Assembly: GCA_903868455.1 (NCBI GenBank)
Contig: CAIPVK010000189.1
Span: 1-38,740 of the forward strand
Origin: an uncultured Opitutia bacterium
GTDB lineage: Bacteria; Verrucomicrobiota; Verrucomicrobiia; Opitutales; UBA953
DNA length: 38,740 bases
Direction of reading: 5' to 3'
The position numbers and the translations under genes were made by a program. How positions within the stretch are numbered: the stretch's first letter is position 1; every line of letters starts with the position of its first letter. A model generated the notes under the pieces. It was not told where the DNA came from, searched no databases, and worked only from the letters and a program-made list of their open reading frames with translations. Positions 7,692-14,840 of the stretch are shown piece by piece.

Positions 7692-8124
7692 ATTACGAGG
7701 ATTCGGAGGAGGCGGATGAGGCGGAGGATAAGCTACCGGGGCCGGAGGCCCCTCCGTAAGCCCGCTAGGACCGCTAGCACCGCTGGGAAGAGCTGGCAAA
7801 AGCTGGGAAGGGCTGAAAAAACTAGAAGGGGCTAGAAGAGGCTGGAAAAGGCGAAGACGAGGATTCCGAGGAGAACGAGGAGCACGGGGAAAAGGCGGTC
7901 GGCTCAGCGAGCCGCCCCTACCTCGATTGCAAATCTCGCAGGGCCGAAGGCCCTCCGCTGCCACCGCTGCTACCGCTGCCACCGCTGGACCTGCTTAACC
8001 ACCCCCACTATCCCCTTCCCCTATTCCCCAATTCCCCTATCCCTCATCCCATCCTCCGGCTCCTCCGCCTCCTCCGCCTCCTCCGAATCCTCGTCCTCCT
8101 CGTCATCCCCCTTCCCCACCCGCC
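7657..8124. repeat. intergenic mosaic repeat array R1
   Basis: Fills the whole spacer between the SpoU-like stop and the next ATG. Order: GGGG-AT words (7657-7691), GAGGAGGCGGA words, hairpin GGGGCC-GGA-GGCCCC, CCGCTAG words, AGCTGG/CTAGAAG words, REP half-site 7893-7922, hairpin GGGCC-GAA-GGCCC, (CCACCGCTG)n 7955-7988. Then the complements: CCCCTAT words (about 8000-8052) and CCTCC words (8053-8112). Confidence 0.9.
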
Positions 8125-8901
8125 ATGTCCGCTGACGTCCCCAATTCCTCCGCCTCCCCCTCATCCGGGGAGCCCACCATCAGCCTCCAGTCCATCAGCC
8201 GGAACCTCCTCGTCGCCCTCCAGCGGCAATTCGACCTCCTCGCCTTCAGCCTGGCCAACCTCCGCAACGAGGACCCCACCACCTACGACCTCTACTCCGC
8301 CCTGCCCCGCGTGATGCCGGCCCAGCCCGCCCACCTCACCCACGCCCAGATGCGCGCCTTCTCGCGCGGCCTCCTCCTGCGCACGAGCATCAACGACCTC
8401 CTCCAGCTCTCCGCGGCCGGCCTCGACCAGTGCCACCTCCTCTGCGCCTTCATCAAGGAGAAGGGCAAGAACCGCGCGCCCGACGCCGAGGCCGACCAGC
8501 GGGTCGCCAAGCGCCACCAGGAGTTCGCCCGGGCCAAGCTGCAGGACAAGTTCGAGACCCTCGAGAGGGAATACGGCATCATCAACGAGCTCGAGGACGC
8601 CCTCTTCAGCCTCGCCGCCGCCCTGCGCGTGCTGGCCAACGGCGGCCAGGTGACCAACGACGACATCTCGCCCGACGGCACCCTCGTCCTCGACTTCAAG
8701 ATGATCCGCGAGTCCGAGGAGGACGGCAAGAAGGTGGCCAAGCTCGCCGACATCGCCCGCACCTTCAAGCCGGGCGAGGCGCTCGAGCTCTCCGACGAGG
8801 AATTGCTCGGCCTCAACATCACCGTGGCCAAGTTCCTCGACAACCTCTTCCGCGCCGTGAACGACTACGGCACCTCGCAGCTCGGCGAGGCGAATGCCTG
8901 A
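8125..8901 (+). CDS. hypothetical protein (no family recognised)
   Basis: 258-aa ORF with balanced amino-acid composition and GC3-rich codons like its neighbours. ATG immediately follows the repeat array. It overlaps the downstream MFS gene by 8 nt. Confidence 0.7.
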   Translation: MSADVPNSSASPSSGEPTISLQSISRNLLVALQRQFDLLAFSLANLRNEDPTTYDLYSALPRVMPAQPAHLTHAQMRAFSRGLLLRTSINDLLQLSAAGLDQCHLLCAFIKEKGKNRAPDAEADQRVAKRHQEFARAKLQDKFETLEREYGIINELEDALFSLAAALRVLANGGQVTNDDISPDGTLVLDFKMIRESEEDGKKVAKLADIARTFKPGEALELSDEELLGLNITVAKFLDNLFRAVNDYGTSQLGEANA

Positions 8902-10171
8902 GGCCCCCGCCAGAAAGGCCTGGCTCTGGGTCGGGGCCGGCTTCCTCTTCCAGGCCATCCCCGGCGCCATCCGCGACGAGGCCCTCCCCGTCGCCCTGAA
9001 GAACGCCGGCCTGCCCGATGGCTGGAACACCCGCGTCGTCGGCATCCTCGGCCTGCTCGTCGGCCTGAAGCTCCTGTGGGCGCCGGCGGTCGTCCGCCTG
9101 GGCGAACCCACCCGGGTGATCCGCGCGGCGCAGGCCCTGCTCGTCGCCCTCCTCGGCTGGATCGCGCTCTCGGCCCCCGGGGCCGAGGCGAGCCCCTGGC
9201 CCCTGCTCGGCCTGCTCATCGCGCTCTCCCTGCTCTCGGCCGGGCACGACGTCGCCCTCGACGGCTACTACGTGGCCGCCCTGCGCGAGCAGGAGCGCAG
9301 CCGCCTCGCCGGGCTCCTCAACTTCGCCTCCAAGACCGGGTCCGTGCTCGCGGGCCCCTGCCTCATCTGGCTTGCCGGTTACCTCAGGGGCTCGGAGGAC
9401 AGCGCGGCCCAAGCCTGGGGCGACGCCCTGCTCGCGGCAGGTGGACTGGCCCTCCTCGCGTGGGTGGTCACGGCCCTCGGGCTCTCGCGCGAGCCGGCGG
9501 GCGCGCTGCCGGCCTCGCAGCCGATCGGCGCGAGCCTGCGCGAGCTCGCGACGGACGCGCGCTTCCCCGCCATCGTCGGCCTCATCCTGCTCTACCGCAC
9601 GAGCGAGGTGCACCTCGCGCGCGTGCTGCCGCTCTTCTCGGTCGCGCCGACGACCCAAGGCGGGCTCGGCCTGGACAACGAGACCTACGCCGTCCTTAGG
9701 CTGGCCACCGGGGTCGGCGGGCTGGCGCTCGGCGGCCTGATCGGTTCCTCCATCATCACCCGCCTCGGCATCGTGCGCAGCTTGGTGCCGCTCGGCATCG
9801 CCATGCACCTGCCGCTCATCGGCATCGCGTGGCTGGGGACCCACCCGGAACCGCCGATGGCGGTGATCGCCGCCGCCTTCGCCGTGGAGCACATCGCCTA
9901 CGGCGCCGGGGTCTGCGCCCTGCTGCTCGCCATGATGAAGGTCGCGGAGGGGCCGCACGCCGCCGTGCGCTACGCCGCGCTCTCCACCCTCGCCCTCATC
10001 GGCGCCTACCTGCCCGGCCTCTGGGCGGGCGCCCTCGCCCAACGCTTCGGCTACGGCGACTACTTCCTGCTGACGTTCGCCTTGGCGGCGCCGGGCGTCT
10101 GGGCCTCGGTCGTCGCCAAGCGCGCGCTGGCGGACTCAGCCCTTCGGCAGGAGCGTGACGGACTGGCCTAG
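8894..10171 (+). CDS. MFS transporter, AmpG/LplT-like
   Basis: About 12 predicted hydrophobic helices. The N-terminal segment VVGILGLLVGLKLLWAPAVV resembles the AmpG-family FKFLWSPLMD region. Subfamily is uncertain. Confidence 0.7.
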   Translation: MPEAPARKAWLWVGAGFLFQAIPGAIRDEALPVALKNAGLPDGWNTRVVGILGLLVGLKLLWAPAVVRLGEPTRVIRAAQALLVALLGWIALSAPGAEASPWPLLGLLIALSLLSAGHDVALDGYYVAALREQERSRLAGLLNFASKTGSVLAGPCLIWLAGYLRGSEDSAAQAWGDALLAAGGLALLAWVVTALGLSREPAGALPASQPIGASLRELATDARFPAIVGLILLYRTSEVHLARVLPLFSVAPTTQGGLGLDNETYAVLRLATGVGGLALGGLIGSSIITRLGIVRSLVPLGIAMHLPLIGIAWLGTHPEPPMAVIAAAFAVEHIAYGAGVCALLLAMMKVAEGPHAAVRYAALSTLALIGAYLPGLWAGALAQRFGYGDYFLLTFALAAPGVWASVVAKRALADSALRQERDGLA

Positions 10172-12688
10172 GTCGGCGCGGAGGTGGTCGCGGACGAAGC
10201 GGGCGACATCCTCGGCCGTCGCCGCGGCGAGGCGCGACTCCCAGGTGGCCTCGTAGTTCGCGCCGAGGCCGGTCAGCTCGCGGATCATCGCCCCCGGCAG
10301 GCGGCCCATCGGGGTCTGGCGAGCCTCGCGGCGCGCGACCCGCATGCGGCGCTTGGCCGACTCCAGCTCATCGGGCTCGAGGCGGGCTTCCGCGAGCCGA
10401 TCCAGTTCCGCGCGCATCTCGGCGAGCACCGTCGGCGCGGCCTCCGCATGGGTGCCGCCGTAGAGGTAGAACATCCCTTGGTCGGCGAGCTCGAGTCGCG
10501 AGGCGCCGACGAAGTAGGCGAGGCCCTTCTCCTCGCGCACCCGGCGGAAGAGGCCGCTGGACATGCCGCTCAGGAGCTCCTCGGCGAGGTTGGCCGCCGT
10601 GACGCGCGGGTCGGCGAAGCCGCAGTGCGGGAAGCCGACCAGGACGACCGCCTGCTCGCGCTCGACGGTCTCGCTGAGGGCGGCCGAGGGCCGGGTCGCG
10701 GCGACCGGCAGGCGGCGCAGGGGCTCGGCGACGCCGGAGAGGCCGGAGAACCGCGCGGCGACCCAAGCCTCCACCTGCGCGAGGTCGTAGTCGCCGGCCA
10801 CGCCGACGATGAGGTTGGAAGGGCGGACCAGACGGGCGTGCAGGGCGCGCAGGTCCTCGACCGTCAGCGCCTCCACCGAGGCGGGCGTGCCGCCGACCGG
10901 CTGGGCCAACGGGTGCTCGCCGTAGAAGGCGCCGAGCAGGCGCTGGCGCCCGAGCTCCACCACGTCGTCCAGCTCCTCGCGACAGGCGTCGGCCTGGGCG
11001 GCGCGCTCCTTCGCGACGGTTTCAGGCAGGAAGGAGGGCGTCAGGACGCCGTCGGCCACCAGCTCGGCCATGGGAGCGAAGTCGGCGGAGAGACCCTCCG
11101 CGAGGAGACCGGCGGAGAGCTGGGAGCCGTGCGGACGGAACGCCAGGCCGAGACGGCCGACGATCGCGGCGACCTCCTCCGAACCCCGGCGCGCGGTGTC
11201 GCGGGCGAGCAGGGTGGAGAAGAGGGATGTCAGCCCCGCCTTGCCGAGGGGTTCCTCGGCGACGCCGGCGGCGAAGATGACGCCGAGGGCGACCTTGGGC
11301 AGGGAGCGATCCGGCTGAAGCAACAGGCGCACGCCGTTCGGAAGGGTGCGTAGCTCGAAGGGGCCGGGCGCGGTCACGGCGGCCGAGGCGGCGGACGCGG
11401 CGGGCAAGGCATCGCGGCGCATCGAGGCCACGGTGCGGTTGGCGGGCGTCAGCCAGCGGCGGGCGACCTCGAGGAGGCGCTCCGGGGTGACCTCGGCCAG
11501 CTGGCGGACATTGGCCTGCGCCTGACGCTCGTCCCTCGCCATCGCCAGCGCGTAACCCGCGCGCGAGGCCAGTCCGCTCACCGTCTTCTGGGCGTTGACC
11601 ATGCCGACGGCGGCCTTGCGGCGCACCTTGGCGAAATCCTCCGGCGTCACCGGGCCCTTCAGGAAGCCATCGACCACGCCGACCACGGCGGCCTCGACCT
11701 CGCGGGGGTCGATCCCGGCCTCGCCGGACCAGCCTACCCAGAACATCCCGGCGTCCTCCACGCCCCAGGCGCTCGCGGAGATGGCGTGCACGATTCCGCG
11801 GCGCTCGCGCAGCTCGCGCCAGAGGAGCGAGTCGCGGCCCGACCCAAGCAAGCCGGCCACGAGGTCGATGGGCAGGGACTCGTGGGAGAGGATGCCCGGG
11901 GCGCGCCAGACGAGGACGCCGCGCGAGGTCGAGACGTCGCGGGTCAGCCGGACCTCGCGGGCGTCGGCCGGCGCGGGATCGGGCGCGAGGGCGCGCGCGT
12001 CGGGCGAGAGGCGGGGAAACCGGCCGAACCAGAGCGCGGCGAGGCGCAGGACCTCGGCGACGGGGACCGAGCCGGCGACGGCGAGGACCAGGTTCTCGGG
12101 CACGTAGCGGGCGGCGTGGTAGGCGCGCAGTCGCTCGGGGGTGACGGCGGCGAAGCGGGCCTTGTGCCCGATGATCGGGTGGCGCATCGGGTGCGCGCGG
12201 TAGGTCTCGGCGATGGCGGCCTCGGCCAGGACGCTGTCATGCTCGTCCTCGTACATGTCGATCTCCCGCAGGATGACCTCCTTCTCCAGGGTCGCGTCGG
12301 CGTCGGCCAAGGTCGGCGCGAGGGTCATCTCGGAGAGGATCTCCAGGGCGCCGTCGAGCGACTCCTCGGGGCCGTCGAGGTAGTAGACCGTGCGGTCGAA
12401 GCTCGTGTAGGCGTTGCTCGAGCAGCCCAGCGAGGCCGTGCGGTCGGTCAGCTGGCGCGCGGTCATCCGCGCCGTGCCCTTGAAGACCATGTGCTCGAGG
12501 TAGTGGGAGAGCCCGGACCCCTCGTCGACGCCCTCGTGGACGCTGCCGGTGCGGACCCAGACCTGGGCCGACATCAGCCCGCAGCCGGGACGCTCGCAGA
12601 CGACGACCTCGACGCCGTTGGGAAGGGTCAGGCGGACGGGCGCCGGGCCGGCGATCTGGTCGAGGGAAAGGCCTTCGAGGAGGGGCAT
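10136..12688 (-). CDS. M16 (pitrilysin/insulinase) family zinc peptidase, two fused M16 units
   Basis: Inverted zinc motif HYLEH in GLSHYLEHMVFKGT in the first half; the second half lacks HxxEH (typical inactive partner unit). 850 aa. ATG at 12688. Confidence 0.9.
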   Translation of the reverse strand: MPLLEGLSLDQIAGPAPVRLTLPNGVEVVVCERPGCGLMSAQVWVRTGSVHEGVDEGSGLSHYLEHMVFKGTARMTARQLTDRTASLGCSSNAYTSFDRTVYYLDGPEESLDGALEILSEMTLAPTLADADATLEKEVILREIDMYEDEHDSVLAEAAIAETYRAHPMRHPIIGHKARFAAVTPERLRAYHAARYVPENLVLAVAGSVPVAEVLRLAALWFGRFPRLSPDARALAPDPAPADAREVRLTRDVSTSRGVLVWRAPGILSHESLPIDLVAGLLGSGRDSLLWRELRERRGIVHAISASAWGVEDAGMFWVGWSGEAGIDPREVEAAVVGVVDGFLKGPVTPEDFAKVRRKAAVGMVNAQKTVSGLASRAGYALAMARDERQAQANVRQLAEVTPERLLEVARRWLTPANRTVASMRRDALPAASAASAAVTAPGPFELRTLPNGVRLLLQPDRSLPKVALGVIFAAGVAEEPLGKAGLTSLFSTLLARDTARRGSEEVAAIVGRLGLAFRPHGSQLSAGLLAEGLSADFAPMAELVADGVLTPSFLPETVAKERAAQADACREELDDVVELGRQRLLGAFYGEHPLAQPVGGTPASVEALTVEDLRALHARLVRPSNLIVGVAGDYDLAQVEAWVAARFSGLSGVAEPLRRLPVAATRPSAALSETVEREQAVVLVGFPHCGFADPRVTAANLAEELLSGMSSGLFRRVREEKGLAYFVGASRLELADQGMFYLYGGTHAEAAPTVLAEMRAELDRLAEARLEPDELESAKRRMRVARREARQTPMGRLPGAMIRELTGLGANYEATWESRLAAATAEDVARFVRDHLRADLGQSVTLLPKG

Positions 12689-12696
12689 GGGGGCGA

Positions 12697-12768
12697 GACG
12701 AGGAGGCGGAGGATGACGAGGAGGCGGAGGATGACGAGGAGCCGGAGGTGGCGGAGGAGCCGGAGGAG
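12697..12768. repeat. 18-bp tandem repeat, about 4 units (GACGAGGAGGCGGAGGAT)
   Basis: Units at 12697-12714 and 12715-12732 are identical. 12733-12750 and 12751-12768 are degenerate. The repeat begins 8 nt from the M16 peptidase start codon (12688). Confidence 0.85.
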
Positions 12769-12892
12769 GGATTAAAGGGAGAAAGGGATTAAAGGGATGA
12801 AGAGATGAAGGGGATTAAGGGAGGAGGGGATGGGAAGAGGGGATGGGGTGCAATACTTAGGGGGACTAGGGGGATAGGGGACTAGGGGACGA

Positions 12893-12947
12893 GGTAGGGG
12901 CGGCTCGCCGAGCCGACCGCGGACGCCTCGGAGAGGCATCCCTACCC
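12893..12947. repeat. REP-A structured palindromic element (full copy)
   Basis: GGTAGGGG-CGGCTCGCCGAGCCG-ACCGC-GGACGCCTC-GGA-GAGGCATCC-CTACCC: an outer GGTAGGG/CCCTACC stem enclosing two internal hairpins. Confidence 0.8.
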
Positions 12948-13250
12948 GTTTCAGCGGTGGCAGCGGTAGCAGCGGTGGCAGCGGAGGGCCTCCGGCCCTG
13001 CGAGATTTGCAATCGAGGTAGGGGCGGCTCGCCGAGCCGACCGCCTCTGCCTCGTGCTCCTCGTCATCCTTCGAATCCTCGTCTTCGCCTTTTCTAGCCT
13101 CTTCTAGCCCCTTCCATCGTTTTAGCGGTCCTAGCGGGCTAACGGAGGGAGCTTCGCTCCGGTAGCTTATCCTCCGCCTCCTCGTCATCCTCCCCATCCT
13201 CCACCTCCTCGCATTCCCCACTCCCCGCTCCCCAAAAGCCTCGCGATCAA

Positions 13251-13274
13251 CCGTGGCTACCACGGGGTTCTTTT
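13251..13274 (+). promoter_or_regulatory. terminator-like hairpin plus T-tract about 110 nt upstream of prfB
   Basis: CCGTGG-CTA-CCACGG followed by GGTTCTTTT. No plus-strand gene lies upstream, so any role (insulator or leader element) is speculative. Confidence 0.3.
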
Positions 13275-13382
13275 AAACTCTCGCCTCCCCTGCCCTCTTA
13301 CTTTTCACCCTAGGTTCATCGTGTCGCCTGGCTCCTGCCACGGCGGTCCCGCCTCCCCGCCATCCCGCCGTCCCGCCCACCC

Positions 13383-14525
13383 ATGTACATCCCGCCCGAG
13401 ACCCGAGCCGCCCTCGAGGAAGCCGAGCGCCGCGCCAACCACCTCTGGAAGTTCCTCGACGTCCCCGGCAAGCAGGCGCGCATCCTCGAGCTCGAGGGCA
13501 AGATGGCCGAGCAGGGCTTCTGGGATAGCCAGCAGGCCGCCCAGAAGGTCATCCAGGAATCCAACCAGCTGAAGACCATCGCCAACCCCCAGGCCGCCTT
13601 CCGCCGCAAGATCGAGGACGCCAAGACCCTGGCCGAGCTCGTGGCCGAGACCCCCGAGGGCGCCGAGGCCGAGGTCGCCGAGCTGACCGAGCTGGCCAAC
13701 GCCTTGGTGGCCGAGGTCGCCGACCTCGAGATCGCCTCCTTCCTCTCCGGCCCGCACGACAAGTCCAACGCCCTGCTCACGGTCAAGGCCGGGGCCGGCG
13801 GCACCGAGTCCAACGACTGGGCGGACATGCTCTTCCGCATGTACATGCGCTGGGCCGAGCGCCGCGGCTACAAGGTCGAGGTCGAGGAGGTCTCCGAGGG
13901 CGAGGGCGCCGGCATCTCGTCCGCGACGATCCGCATCGAGGGCCCCAACGCCTACGGCTACGCCAAGGCCGAGCGCGGCGTCCACCGCCTCGTCCGCATC
14001 TCGCCCTTCGACGCCAACGACCGCCGCCACACCTCCTTCGCCTCGATCGACGTGGTGGCGGAGATCGACGACGACGTGGATGTCGAGGTGAAGGAGGCCG
14101 ACCTCCGGGTCGACGTCTACCGCTCCTCCGGCAAGGGCGGCCAGCACGTCAACAAGACCGAGTCGGCCGTGCGCCTCACCCACATCCCCACCGGCATCGT
14201 GGTGGCCTGCCAGCGCGAGCGCTCGCAGCACAAGAACCGCGAGCTCGCCATGAAGATCCTCCGCGCCCGCATCTACGAGAAGACCCTCGACGACAAGCGC
14301 GCCGAGATGGAGCGCTTCTACGGCGAGAAGGGCGACATCGGCTGGGGCAACCAGATCCGCTCCTACGTCTTCCAGCCCTACCAGATGGTGAAGGACCTCC
14401 GCACCGGGGTCCAGACGGGCAATATCCAGGCGGTGATGGACGGCGACCTCGACCAGTTCGTGAACGCCTGGCTGCGCGCCGGCGGCCCCCGCACGCGCAA
14501 CAAGGATATCAAGATGGAGGATTGA
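13383..14525 (+). CDS. prfB: peptide chain release factor 2
   Basis: SPF tripeptide (RISPFD) and the GGQ motif ([26 protein letters not shown]). One uninterrupted frame from the ATG at 13383; no internal UGA frameshift site. Confidence 0.95.
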   Translation: MYIPPETRAALEEAERRANHLWKFLDVPGKQARILELEGKMAEQGFWDSQQAAQKVIQESNQLKTIANPQAAFRRKIEDAKTLAELVAETPEGAEAEVAELTELANALVAEVADLEIASFLSGPHDKSNALLTVKAGAGGTESNDWADMLFRMYMRWAERRGYKVEVEEVSEGEGAGISSATIRIEGPNAYGYAKAERGVHRLVRISPFDANDRRHTSFASIDVVAEIDDDVDVEVKEADLRVDVYRSSGKGGQHVNKTESAVRLTHIPTGIVVACQRERSQHKNRELAMKILRARIYEKTLDDKRAEMERFYGEKGDIGWGNQIRSYVFQPYQMVKDLRTGVQTGNIQAVMDGDLDQFVNAWLRAGGPRTRNKDIKMED

Positions 14526-14542
14526 GCGGCCTTCGGCCGCTC
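14524..14542 (+). terminator. GC hairpin overlapping the prfB stop codon (no U-tract)
   Basis: GAGCGGCC-TTC-GGCCGCTC, an 8-bp perfect stem starting within the TGA (14523-14525). It is followed by G-rich words rather than T residues, so it is not a canonical intrinsic terminator. Confidence 0.4.
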
Positions 14543-14840
14543 GGCGGGTAGGCGGGGACAGCGGTTCGGCGGGGTTGGCGGGGAATAACTCGCTGCGCTA
14601 ATTTGGCGGGGTTGGCGGTTCGGCGGGGTCAGCGGGGTTGGCGGGAGAGAACGCGCTGCGCTCGTTTCCGTATGCTATGTTGGGAGCTGAAAGGTGGGCC
14701 GAGATGGGCCGGCTCAACCGTCCGACCACGGTCCGCTCAATAGCCGAATCGCATCCAAGGCCACGAGCGCAGCGAGTTCTGCGCCGCGGACCCCGCCGAC
14801 CCCGCTGCCCCGCTAGCTTCTCCTCCGCCCCTTTGCCGCC
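14543..14840. repeat. intergenic repeat array R8 (distinct GGCGGGGTTGGCGG vocabulary)
   Basis: Convergent spacer between prfB and the sulfatase gene. G-rich words GGCGGGGTTGGCGG / GCGGTTCGGCGGGG on the left, C-rich complements GGACCCCGCCGACCCCGCTGCCCCGC on the right. Three copies of the word ACTCGCTGCGCT, one of them inverted. Confidence 0.8.

Larger units (their letters stand above)
12689..13235. repeat. intergenic mosaic repeat array R2
   Basis: Divergent spacer between M16 and prfB. Contains 18-bp tandem GACGAGGAGGCGGAGGAT units, GGGATTAAAGGG/GATGAAG words, GGGGACTAGGGG words and a full REP-A (12893-12947). It then holds a reverse-complement copy of most of R1 (12951 to about 13215). Confidence 0.9.

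Noticed and set aside
7353-7982. ORFs running through repeat arrays (7353..7982, 12772..13263, 21035..21304, 28611..28847, 36507..36746, 14638..14886)
   Set aside because: They are translations of low-complexity word repeats and REP palindromes. They have no consistent codon bias, mostly use the antisense strand of flanking genes, and have no recognisable domains.
7657-8124. Possibility that the intergenic repeat arrays are CRISPR arrays
   Set aside because: There is no constant direct repeat of 24-48 nt alternating with unique spacers of similar size. The words are 6-20 nt, degenerate, contiguous and present in both orientations. No cas genes are present.
13383-13470. Programmed +1 frameshift site expected in many prfB genes
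   Set aside because: The region aligning with the E. coli CUU UGA C site reads CAC CTC TGG AAG TTC CTC GAC in frame (HLWKFLD). The gene is a single uninterrupted ORF, so no frameshift is needed here.
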